A stretch of DNA of 64,000 bases. It comes from a virus (lineage: Duplodnaviria; Caudoviricetes). The DNA is taken from IMG/VR virus record IMGVR_UViG_3300046460_000097; one strand, given 5' to 3'. The position numbers and the translations under genes were made by a program. Under the pieces are notes generated by a model, which saw only the letters and a program-made list of their open reading frames with translations, was not told where the DNA came from and did not search any database. Below are positions 28,179 through 37,555 of the stretch, one piece after another (the first letter of the stretch is position 1; the number at the start of each line of letters is the position of its first letter).

Positions 28179-29417
28179 TTAGTCCTCTTGGATAAGGCCA
28201 CGTATATAAAGAAAATATCCCTCATGCAAATTGCAGGGGACATACCGGTTGGTGTACCCATGATAGAGGTCGCCCTCGTTCTGAGTACCTGTTGTTTCGT
28301 TTACGTATTTACGTTGTACACCGATATCGATGTCCAGTAGCCTCCTGTTGATAATCTGACGGGTAAAGTACTTAGGAAAGATACCGCCGCCAGTCATGAA
28401 AGGCAGGGGGCGAGTTTCTTCCGTGTGGTACGTGTATGGATACTGGTAAACTACCAGCGGTTTAGCCTCAACATAGAGGTGCGGGTTGTCCAACACAATC
28501 AAGAAGCTTGACAGGTCGGTCAGAAGCTTGGTGAAGAAGTCTGCAGTACTGAAGAAGTCTGCCGGCACTACTTCTCGTTCGAGATCGATAACAGCGCTCA
28601 GGTCGATCAGTTGCTTCGAGTCAAAGACCCGGGAGAACCAGTCCACCTTCTCGGTGTTAATGGCAATCGAGTTGTCACTGTTCACCTGTACGACGTCATT
28701 GAAGTAGAGACGCCCGCCAATCGACATCCACACAGTCTTGCCCTTGAGGGAGACTGGTGATTTGATGTGGACGAAGTTGTACGTCGGGAATTCTTCGATC
28801 TTGAGATTCGCCGCAGTGAGCGGGTAGGTCTTCAGGTTCGATACAGTGTTGAAGTTCATGCAGTTGATATGCACGTTATCGTCAACACGGAAATGCTTAC
28901 CGGCATTCAGCAGGTAGATACATTCGTCACCCAATACAGCGCGGGTCAAGTGACCATTGATGTTCCACAGGCAGCGGTCCACCAGCTTGCTGTAATCAAC
29001 ATTGGTGCCGTCAGTCTTGGTCACACGGATGTCAGGAGCATTCGAGGTTGTCAGCAGATCTTGCTTGTCGTCACCCATCAACGCGTTACCCGGCTTCAGT
29101 GAGAACCACTTGTACTGGATGTCGTGTTGAGTAACGTAACGGTATTCGGTGCCCGGCAAGACGTTGGAGGTTTTCAGGGGGACAGTCGCTCTAGCCGTCA
29201 ACCAAGCCTGAATGGTACCAGTGAAGGTCGTCATCTCATTTCGGTAGACGATTGCCTCCAATGCCACGTCTTGAAAGGTCAGCCCATCAGTGATCACAAT
29301 GATGAGGTTTTCAAAATTGGTGAAAAGATCCTTCGTGAGGATAGCACTGATGTCTAAAAGTTCTTCTCCTTTTGGATCGAGTCGGTTGATCCCGACCGCC
29401 CTTTTATACGTATACAT
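28179..29417 (-). CDS. Conserved virion structural protein
   Basis: 412 aa; stop is 4 nt before the i-spanin start. Confidence 0.6.
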   Translation of the reverse strand: MYTYKRAVGINRLDPKGEELLDISAILTKDLFTNFENLIIVITDGLTFQDVALEAIVYRNEMTTFTGTIQAWLTARATVPLKTSNVLPGTEYRYVTQHDIQYKWFSLKPGNALMGDDKQDLLTTSNAPDIRVTKTDGTNVDYSKLVDRCLWNINGHLTRAVLGDECIYLLNAGKHFRVDDNVHINCMNFNTVSNLKTYPLTAANLKIEEFPTYNFVHIKSPVSLKGKTVWMSIGGRLYFNDVVQVNSDNSIAINTEKVDWFSRVFDSKQLIDLSAVIDLEREVVPADFFSTADFFTKLLTDLSSFLIVLDNPHLYVEAKPLVVYQYPYTYHTEETRPLPFMTGGGIFPKYFTRQIINRRLLDIDIGVQRKYVNETTGTQNEGDLYHGYTNRYVPCNLHEGYFLYIRGLIQED

Positions 29418-29536
29418 GGGGTTAGACTCCTTACGATTCTATGAAAAAACTGGCCCCTACAGGCTACTGTAGGCACCGGTATCACTATGCTGGGCAGGTC
29501 ATAAGATGCCCTTTTATTGGACCTAGGAGTTATGAA

Positions 29537-30283
29537 ATGGCCAACATCGTTTATCAGTGGAACCCGTTCCAACAACGCATCGACAACCGCATTACACAAG
29601 AGGTCATCAAAACCTCCACGGTAAACGATCGAGTGGAATTCGTTCCACGTGCTGCACCCTTCTTCGGGCGTAACTTCAAACTGTTCCGTCAGGGCAACGC
29701 TACTCCCCTGATCCTGGGCTTTGACTACTGCTTCGCTCACCAGTTCGGTGGGTTCATCAGTAAGTACAACCGTAACGTGTTCGGCTCGGTGATCATGCTG
29801 CGTCCTATTGCTGGCGACGTACTGCTGGCCGACTACGACACCATTGGTGCCGGTTTCGTACTGGATCAGGTAGCGTTTGCTGAACTGATCGCCAACATCG
29901 TTAACGCCCCTCGTGTGGCCGATTGGAGCGAATTGGATGGGCCTACCATTCCTACCGAGTTCCCGCCTGATCCGCACGACCACCCAGCTTCGCAGACTTA
30001 CGACTACCTGGAAATGATGGACGCCGTTAAAAGCCTCATCCTCGCAGTCACCGACAGTACTCAGAGCGTATCGCTTAAAGAGCTGTTGGAAGAACACATC
30101 TCCAAGCCACTGACGGAAGCCCACGCCGCCAGTAAGGCGGACATCGGTCTCCCGTTGACCCCCAACATGAAAGCAGCGACTGCAGCCGACCTCGTAGGCA
30201 ATAGCGGCAACCTCCTCATTACGGTTGACGTACTGAAGACTGCCCTGCGCCAGCTGTCTGACGGCACGCTGAACATCAACTAA
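29537..30283 (+). CDS. Virion protein related to the N-terminal module of the fibre paralogs
   Basis: Start ATG 29537 after AGGAG; PTEFPPDPHDHP and HAASKADIGL motifs resemble those in the next three genes. Confidence 0.6.
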   Translation: MANIVYQWNPFQQRIDNRITQEVIKTSTVNDRVEFVPRAAPFFGRNFKLFRQGNATPLILGFDYCFAHQFGGFISKYNRNVFGSVIMLRPIAGDVLLADYDTIGAGFVLDQVAFAELIANIVNAPRVADWSELDGPTIPTEFPPDPHDHPASQTYDYLEMMDAVKSLILAVTDSTQSVSLKELLEEHISKPLTEAHAASKADIGLPLTPNMKAATAADLVGNSGNLLITVDVLKTALRQLSDGTLNIN

Positions 30284-30293
30284 GGAACGGGAT

Positions 30294-33200
30294 ATGCACT
30301 TTCCTATTGTCCAACAGTACAAGACAGACATTGACGGTAATAATCCGGAGAACGTCATCATTGACGAACCCAGAACCGTCGAACCGGGCCTGTGGACTCG
30401 GGTAATCGTTCCGCTCCACGCGCCGTTCTTTGTTAAGTCGTTGGTCATGAAGAAGCCTAACGGCGAGCCACTGATCTACGACAAGGACTACCGCATCCAC
30501 CGCCTCATGACACGACTGACAGAACACTGTGCTGAACCAGTTGCGTGCATGATCGAGTTGATCCCGGAAGACCTCACTGACGTTCTGATGGACTACAAGG
30601 TTGTAGGTGAGTTCTCTCTCATCGATAACAGCATGCTGCAGCTCATCACGTCCGCTGTAGAAGACGATCGTCCTGTGTGGTGGGAGAACATCGAGAACAA
30701 GCCTGTCGTGTTCCCACCAGTGCTACACAGCCACAGCCTGATCCGCGACATCATCGCGTGGCAGGACATGATCGACTGCATGGACATGTACTTGGCCATG
30801 AAGCAGGCTAACGGCCGTGAGCCGGTACAAGTTCGTATCGACCACTTCTACAACCTGCTGACCAACTACGTCAACGTCTACGGCACAATGTTGTCGGAAT
30901 ACCTTGCCAACCACTTGGCGGCGTACAACGCCCACGGTATTACCGCTACACAGATAGGCAAAGAGAAGGTTGACAACTTTGCCACCGCCTCTGTGAGTAA
31001 CGTAATGCAAGCCCGCAAGGACATGCACCTTACTCCACAGTCGTTGGAAACCATCGTTGAGAACTACGGCTTTAATAGCGAAGAGTTCTTGCAGGCTGCG
31101 TTGCTGCCGTTGTCTCGTTTCGGTAACACCAACTTCATCCCTCCGTCGATTGACGGTTCGTTTGAAGGGTTGGGCAGTAAAGCAGAGACTTGCTCTATCT
31201 GTCAGGAAGACGACGGCACGCTGGTAATGGTGGGCAACCGTCTGGATGGTCGAGTTAACGGGTTGTATTGCTCGGTAATTAAGGACTACGACACGCCAAA
31301 CCCGAAGCAGACCTTCTCTGCATTCAAGTGGACTCACCCGAAGTTCATTCAGGACGGTGCTAACGTTGACATGGTCGTTAACGGCAGTAACGACCAGTGC
31401 ATGCTGGTAGGTGACTCGGTTAGCCAGCAGTACTACATCGGTATCACCAACGGCACCATGAACCCGTCGAAGCACGTTTACTGTAAAGTAGACCTGCAAC
31501 CTCTGGTGGCTGCTGTTTGGAGTGACTGGGCCTCGCGTAAGGTCAGTACTGAACTGTACCTAGCGAGTGTTGCGGTTATTGGGCAGTGGGTTTACATCTT
31601 CCAAGCGCACTATAACGGTTTGCCTGATGATCCGAACGGTTCGACTTTCCCAACCAGTTATAACTACCGTTATTTCTGGCGGGTGAAGATCTCCGATATT
31701 CGTCTGCTGAATCCGGTCGTACCTGAGCGTGTTAACATGACGTTCGCCGATCTTGATGGCGTGCAGTGGAACAACTCGAACGTATGGCGCTGGGGCACTC
31801 GTCAGATCCTTGACTTCCCCACTCGTAAGACGTCGAAGCTCCTGTTCCCGATCTCACCGTATGACGACCAAGGCGCGCGTGTTAGCTGGTCGCAGAATAC
31901 CTACGCCACTCCTAACCCGAATGGCAACGGTAAGTATGCACTGAAGTTCACCAGTTACTACTACACGGGTATGGTGTCGACGGGTCAGTTCTGTTATGCC
32001 GACATCGAAGTGTCGTATGAGATCGATCCAAACACCAACATCATGACCAAACTGAGTCAGATCAATCTCCCAACGATCGACTTCAACAACCCTGCATCAC
32101 TCCCAGGCTACAGTGGGATCTGGTCGCAGATGGTGACGAGTCAGGACCGGGTGGGTAGTGTGGTGCTAGACGACCTCACGCTTATCAGTTCTGGCGCGTT
32201 AAAGTACGGCGGGTTCCCTTGGTTTGCGAAACTCATCAAACCACTCGGGGTGATCAACAAGTACGACATGTTGTCGAAAGTCTGGCATGACCTTCCGGTG
32301 GCGATGTACACCAACTCGATTGAAGGGGTCGTTCCGCCAACCGCCAACAGCGTGGCTCCACGTCCACCACTGCAGTTCCCGGGTGCCGAAGTCTTCATGT
32401 CGTTGCGTGGGGATGCTTCTGATGCGTTGGGGCTGTACATCAAACGCATCTCTGGCAAGTATGCTTGGCGCGCTAACGTACAGAACCTTACCGTTCCCAA
32501 CATCGTGTCTCGGCCACTGACTAACAACATTCGCCGTATCAATGCATTACCAGGCACCGGCGGTGCTACGGTGAGCGTACCGTCTGCTAACCTCGACGCT
32601 TACGGTATCGAGATTGCAGCTTCTTCGTTCTGTATGAATGTTCAACGGCGTTACTTTGATCGTGATACTCAGGGCGCTGCGTGGACTCCTGCGGTTGGGT
32701 TGGATGACATCTTGGTGATGTCTACCCACGCCTTCAGGGATGAGGCTGACGGCACAACCAGTATCCTGCCGGGCACAGAGGTGCTCTACTCAGCAGCAAT
32801 TGTTGAGGCGCTTAAACAGCAGGTTGAAGTACCGGGCCTGGTTAATGGCGGACAGAAGTGCATCGTATCCGTTTGCGACCCTAACGGTCAGTTGGCTCCC
32901 CAGTTCGGTTGGTTGCCAGTAATTGTAACCATCCACTATGCCGAACCGGTTGACTTCTCTCGTCGTATTACCGTGCTGACGATCACCCCGTCGTACGTGG
33001 GATCGGGCAACCGTGCGGTGGTAACTGGGTTCACAGTGCTGGATAAGCTTCACTGGATGTACCGAGGGGCTTCGTCTGAGCAGCGCCCAGGCTATTGGGA
33101 CGCGTGGTTGACAGGTGGTCACATTGCAAGTAGCGGTGCCGACCAACGATACAACCAGCCAGGCCAGCACGTCCTGTATTACTTGGACGGTAACAAGCTG

Positions 33201-33851
33201 GATGTTTATGTCGACCCTGCAGTTCAAACTGCGGCCTACAGTAACGTGGTTGGTGTTGGTGCTCAGTTGCATTACGAGAACCGTAACACCCAGCGTTGGA
33301 CGTCGGCTAACCCTGCTGCTACTCAGGTAAACGTTATGCCGTATGCAGTGACACCTGATAATGGGATCACTCCTACTTGGCTCTACCAAGAGTCTACGGG
33401 TGCTGCCGGTATCATTGCCAAGGGTGCGGTAAACAACCCGTTGCTGGCGTCGGTGTATCCGGAAATCGGTTGGGTGATCTTCTTCCAGGCACCTACGGAT
33501 GCCGTGTTCCAAGGGAAGCCTTACACCTTCCCGGCCGGGCTGATCGATCTGCGGGATATTGACGCGGCTCCAGGCAACAAGACGTTCTACGTTTACGCCA
33601 CTTTGGTAAGCGGGAAGCCAACGTATCAAGTGACCACTCAGAAGCGTTTGGAAACTCTTACCCAGTTGTGGGCTGCTACGGTGAAAACCAACGGTAGCCA
33701 GATTATCTCGGTAGAGCGACTGAACGTCTTTGCACTGAACGGTCATCGTATCACAGAAGTAAAACGCGGTAACTCCATCCCGGGTGCATCGGGCTTGGTC
33801 AACGAGGAAGGTCAAATCCCTTGGTTCTACCCAAGCGAGATCCTTCCTTAA
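30294..33851 (+). CDS. Baseplate/tail-fibre-like protein, paralog 1
   Basis: 1185 aa, beta-rich; motifs PPVLHSH, VDNFATA, FIPPSIDGSFEGLG and C-terminal IDLRDIDAAPGNKTFYVY shared with the next gene. Confidence 0.65.
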   Translation: MHFPIVQQYKTDIDGNNPENVIIDEPRTVEPGLWTRVIVPLHAPFFVKSLVMKKPNGEPLIYDKDYRIHRLMTRLTEHCAEPVACMIELIPEDLTDVLMDYKVVGEFSLIDNSMLQLITSAVEDDRPVWWENIENKPVVFPPVLHSHSLIRDIIAWQDMIDCMDMYLAMKQANGREPVQVRIDHFYNLLTNYVNVYGTMLSEYLANHLAAYNAHGITATQIGKEKVDNFATASVSNVMQARKDMHLTPQSLETIVENYGFNSEEFLQAALLPLSRFGNTNFIPPSIDGSFEGLGSKAETCSICQEDDGTLVMVGNRLDGRVNGLYCSVIKDYDTPNPKQTFSAFKWTHPKFIQDGANVDMVVNGSNDQCMLVGDSVSQQYYIGITNGTMNPSKHVYCKVDLQPLVAAVWSDWASRKVSTELYLASVAVIGQWVYIFQAHYNGLPDDPNGSTFPTSYNYRYFWRVKISDIRLLNPVVPERVNMTFADLDGVQWNNSNVWRWGTRQILDFPTRKTSKLLFPISPYDDQGARVSWSQNTYATPNPNGNGKYALKFTSYYYTGMVSTGQFCYADIEVSYEIDPNTNIMTKLSQINLPTIDFNNPASLPGYSGIWSQMVTSQDRVGSVVLDDLTLISSGALKYGGFPWFAKLIKPLGVINKYDMLSKVWHDLPVAMYTNSIEGVVPPTANSVAPRPPLQFPGAEVFMSLRGDASDALGLYIKRISGKYAWRANVQNLTVPNIVSRPLTNNIRRINALPGTGGATVSVPSANLDAYGIEIAASSFCMNVQRRYFDRDTQGAAWTPAVGLDDILVMSTHAFRDEADGTTSILPGTEVLYSAAIVEALKQQVEVPGLVNGGQKCIVSVCDPNGQLAPQFGWLPVIVTIHYAEPVDFSRRITVLTITPSYVGSGNRAVVTGFTVLDKLHWMYRGASSEQRPGYWDAWLTGGHIASSGADQRYNQPGQHVLYYLDGNKLDVYVDPAVQTAAYSNVVGVGAQLHYENRNTQRWTSANPAATQVNVMPYAVTPDNGITPTWLYQESTGAAGIIAKGAVNNPLLASVYPEIGWVIFFQAPTDAVFQGKPYTFPAGLIDLRDIDAAPGNKTFYVYATLVSGKPTYQVTTQKRLETLTQLWAATVKTNGSQIISVERLNVFALNGHRITEVKRGNSIPGASGLVNEEGQIPWFYPSEILP

Positions 33852-33861
33852 CACTAGGTAT

Positions 33862-33895
33862 AAAGGGGAGTGGGTCTAACCCTCCCCTCCTCTTT
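33862..33895 (+). terminator. Weak hairpin between fibre genes
   Basis: ggggag(t)gg/cc-ctcccc stem with bulge followed by ctcttt. Confidence 0.35.
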
Positions 33896-33910
33896 AATAA
33901 GGCTATCGCA

Positions 33911-36900
33911 ATGGATTCCATTCCTCTCGTAAAGTTTGATATTCGGGGCACTGAGCCCGTGAACACCATTACTGGAGAAAAGTGGAAACTGACAGACAAA
34001 ACCCTTAACTGGTATTTGCCTGACGGTTCTCCTTTCTTCGGGGAAGCTGGCCTGGTCGTAATGCGTGACCAGCGCGGCGCACTCATGCGGCGTGATCGTG
34101 ACTACTACGTAGAAGGTGAGTTTGTACCCTTCTGCAACATCACCGGTCGTTCTATCTGTTCTTACATCCGGTTGTCTGACGCCATCGTTCTGAACAACGA
34201 CTTCGTGACCATTGACTATCAAAGTCTCGGAGCCTACTTCGTTCCTCGCAGTAACTTGGAGGAATGGATTTACATGATGAACGCGGGTAAGATTCCTATC
34301 CCGTGGAGTAAGGTGTTTGGCGTACCTCCGACGTTGCCGCCGGAGTATCACACGCACAACATCAAGACGGAGATCAGTGATTGGTTTGACTTCACTCAGT
34401 TCTTCATCCAGTTGAAAGGCATCCGTATGTCTCGCGACTACACGTTCAACGACAAGTTGACTGTAGTGGTGGACGACGCCTACGACAAGCTGTATGACGC
34501 ACGTGATGACCAGCTGAACCGTTTGCAGCTGCACGACGGCAACTACCACAACCCGCACATCATCGGCGCGCCACATCTCCTGTTGGGTAACGTGGACAAC
34601 TTCGCGACCGCGACCCCTGCTGAAGACTTGGCGGGTGTGGCTGCTGATAAGTTCAGCACGCCTTACGGTGTAGTGCAGTTGGCGAAGACGTACGTTCCAG
34701 ATACTGACAAGGCGATGCTCTCAGGTATCATGCCTATCAGTTCGTTCGGTGGTGAGAGTTTTATCCCTCCCAACATCAGTGGTTCGTTTGAAGGTCTGGG
34801 ATCTGTGTCTGATTGCTCGGCAATCTGTTTGGAAGACAACGGTCTGTTGATGATCCTGACCAACCACAACGATGGGCGATCGGAAGGTCTATACTTCTCC
34901 TACGTCGAGAACTACAACAAGGCAGATGCCAAGTACGTGTATTCTGCGTTCAAGTATTCCCCTGCTTCGTTGACAGCTATTGGCATCAACCCGACCGCTA
35001 TCGTGGCCGGTAGTAACCACAAAGTTATTATGGTTGGCCTTCCTGGAACTAATAACTGGTATGTGGCGATTACCAACGGTACACTGAACCCAGCGTCTCA
35101 TGCGTATGTTAAATGCGACATGACCAACGTGATTGCCTTGTACGGTGGCACGACCTTCAGCAGCCACGACAAGTCGACCGTTCACTTCATGGGTGACTGG
35201 CTGTTGCTGGTTCAGAGCACCGGTATCGGCAGCGATGAGAAGCACACGTTCTTCCGTGCTCCAGTGGCCAGCATTATTGCCGGTACTCCAGTTACTTGGA
35301 CTCGGTTGGATCTGACCTTCGCGGACTACGACGGTGTAGCCTACACCAACTCCACCTTCTGGAAACCAATGGTTCCGGCGCAAGTGGGCGGGAAGTGGAC
35401 TCGTAACGGGCCTTGGACTTATCGTCAACCTGTTACCACGTTGAACAAGAGTGGACGGACTGCGTCTCTTTCCTGTGCCAACCCGAATGCTTCAGGCTCT
35501 TATCTGTTGCAGATTCTTCTGGGTAGCGCGGGCGTCTACAACGACGGTGCCGGTACGATCATCAACATCACGGTGATCATGTCGATGGGCTATTCGATTA
35601 ACCCAGCTACCGGTGTTATGACGTTGCTCAACAAGACACCGGCGTACGAGATGGGTTTCACGGACTCCACTCAGGCAGAGAAGAACGCCTACCTCAACGA
35701 TTACTACGCTGGCTGGTACAACCCGACCATTCAAAGTAACTCGGCGTCTATCGTTGTGCTGCCAAGCGGCGAGACAGTGTGCGCGACAATTGAGGACGGT
35801 AACGACTTCCCCGCCATTATCGAGGTCTATGGTCATACAGGCAAAACCACTGACGCGGCACTGCTGGCTGGTGGATTGTGGAATGCGGTAGCTCCCCCGG
35901 TAAACCGCAAGTACCTGTTGCCTCAACTGCGGTCTCCGTTGTTGAGTGGTACGTTCCCTGGGACGATGACGTTTGAACCAGATGGCGAGCTGTATGGCGC
36001 CATGGAGCAAGCAACCAACAACCGTAAAACGTATCTTCGTTTGGTGACAGGCGGCTATCAAGCACGGGCTGGTATCACCAACCTGAAGTTGCCTAACCTG
36101 CAAGCACGTCCTCTGTCGAACGCGGTGTTTGAAACCAACCTGACATACACCGACGGTGTTATCGGGATGACCGGTTCTGCTGCTGATTTGGTAGCCGGTG
36201 GGGTGGAGATGGGTAGTACCAGTTTCAGCACTTGTGGTTGGAGCTCGTACCAGACGACCAGCAACTTCTATCCGCGTAACAACGCGCTCAAGGCACCAGC
36301 TGGGAACAACGTGTTGCAAACGTTCCCTCGGACTACCCAGCGCGTATTGGACAACGTCGGTAAGAAAGCGACCTACACGGGGGTAACCTTCTACGGGTTC
36401 CGTCAAGCATTTGTCGACAAGCTGAAGACGTTTATCCCGGCTGAGTTCCAGAACACCAAGTACTGGGCATTCTCCTTGCACATGCTAGGGGCTGAGAACG
36501 GCGGAATGTTTACTGGAATGAACGTTGCGATGGCGGTGATTCATTTCATTGATGCCGCTAACACGACGATCCGTACACAATTGGTGTTGTTCCGTCCAGT
36601 GGTAGAAGCACCCAATGCCGACCACCCTGGGGTTTACCTGATCAGTGATGTTACTGTTCTGGATACACCACCGCACTTCCGTAATGGTGTCAACGTCAAG
36701 ATCAACGACGTTAACTTCATTCTGAGTACGCAGGCGCACAAACCACGTGGGTTCTTCAACGTCTATCGTGATAACGGTAAACTGAAGGTGTTCTTTGTAT
36801 CGCCTTACAGTACCGTGACGAGCGCCACGGTCTACACCAAGTTGTTCTCCACGTTCGACATAGATCTTGCCACCAACAAGGTCACGGGTACGTATGGTCA

Positions 36901-37498
36901 GTCGTCTAGCTGGTCGCAGAACGATCCTGTCATGATGGTGCCTAAGGTGGGGATGACCGATCTCGTCTTGACCGGAACTGTCCCTGATACTGGCGGCCTT
37001 CAATATCCGGTTAACATCTATGCGGAAACCGGTGGTGCGGCGAGTATCTTCAGGAAGACTAATCCAGACACCAGCTTCACGTATTACTTGGGTGGGTCTG
37101 CTTATCCTGAGACTGGTTGGTCGTTGTTTTTCCAAGACAACATCGCGGTGATGATCAACGGCGCTGCTTATCGTGTACCAGGTGGTTCTATTGACCTGCG
37201 TGACATCGATGCGGCTCCACAGAACAAAACGTACTACGTGTATGTGACGATCGAAGATGATTTACCCCGTTACTTGCTGTCGATCCTCCCTCTACGTAAG
37301 AGCGGTTCGATGATGCGAGTAGCTACGGTAGTCACCAACGCGAGTTCTATCGTTACCATCACGCGGGAACAACCGTTCATGGTCGGTGATCTGCTCCTGA
37401 GCTACACTCGTGAGGGTGGTATCATCCCTATGAGCTCCGGCTTCCCTCAAGATGAAGGTTCGTTTGTATTCGTACACAACGGCGAGCTGCTGGCTTAA
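33911..37498 (+). CDS. Baseplate/tail-fibre-like protein, paralog 2
   Basis: Start ATG 33911, 1195 aa; PPEYHTH, VDNFATA, FIPPNISGSFEGLG, IDLRDIDAAPQNKTYYVY. Confidence 0.65.
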   Translation: MDSIPLVKFDIRGTEPVNTITGEKWKLTDKTLNWYLPDGSPFFGEAGLVVMRDQRGALMRRDRDYYVEGEFVPFCNITGRSICSYIRLSDAIVLNNDFVTIDYQSLGAYFVPRSNLEEWIYMMNAGKIPIPWSKVFGVPPTLPPEYHTHNIKTEISDWFDFTQFFIQLKGIRMSRDYTFNDKLTVVVDDAYDKLYDARDDQLNRLQLHDGNYHNPHIIGAPHLLLGNVDNFATATPAEDLAGVAADKFSTPYGVVQLAKTYVPDTDKAMLSGIMPISSFGGESFIPPNISGSFEGLGSVSDCSAICLEDNGLLMILTNHNDGRSEGLYFSYVENYNKADAKYVYSAFKYSPASLTAIGINPTAIVAGSNHKVIMVGLPGTNNWYVAITNGTLNPASHAYVKCDMTNVIALYGGTTFSSHDKSTVHFMGDWLLLVQSTGIGSDEKHTFFRAPVASIIAGTPVTWTRLDLTFADYDGVAYTNSTFWKPMVPAQVGGKWTRNGPWTYRQPVTTLNKSGRTASLSCANPNASGSYLLQILLGSAGVYNDGAGTIINITVIMSMGYSINPATGVMTLLNKTPAYEMGFTDSTQAEKNAYLNDYYAGWYNPTIQSNSASIVVLPSGETVCATIEDGNDFPAIIEVYGHTGKTTDAALLAGGLWNAVAPPVNRKYLLPQLRSPLLSGTFPGTMTFEPDGELYGAMEQATNNRKTYLRLVTGGYQARAGITNLKLPNLQARPLSNAVFETNLTYTDGVIGMTGSAADLVAGGVEMGSTSFSTCGWSSYQTTSNFYPRNNALKAPAGNNVLQTFPRTTQRVLDNVGKKATYTGVTFYGFRQAFVDKLKTFIPAEFQNTKYWAFSLHMLGAENGGMFTGMNVAMAVIHFIDAANTTIRTQLVLFRPVVEAPNADHPGVYLISDVTVLDTPPHFRNGVNVKINDVNFILSTQAHKPRGFFNVYRDNGKLKVFFVSPYSTVTSATVYTKLFSTFDIDLATNKVTGTYGQSSSWSQNDPVMMVPKVGMTDLVLTGTVPDTGGLQYPVNIYAETGGAASIFRKTNPDTSFTYYLGGSAYPETGWSLFFQDNIAVMINGAAYRVPGGSIDLRDIDAAPQNKTYYVYVTIEDDLPRYLLSILPLRKSGSMMRVATVVTNASSIVTITREQPFMVGDLLLSYTREGGIIPMSSGFPQDEGSFVFVHNGELLA

Positions 37499-37504
37499 CA
37501 CTTC

Positions 37505-37531
37505 GGGGGAGGCAACTCCCCCATTCCTTTC
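37505..37531 (+). terminator. Hairpin with GNRA loop
   Basis: gggggag-gcaa-ctccccc followed by attccttt. Confidence 0.55.
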
Positions 37532-37555
37532 CTGCTCGACCAATGGAGAACGTCT

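Noticed and set aside
26730-30283. Endolysin next to the spanin/holin candidates
   Set aside because: No lysozyme, transglycosylase, amidase or peptidoglycan-binding motif is recognisable in neighbouring ORFs; it is presumably elsewhere.
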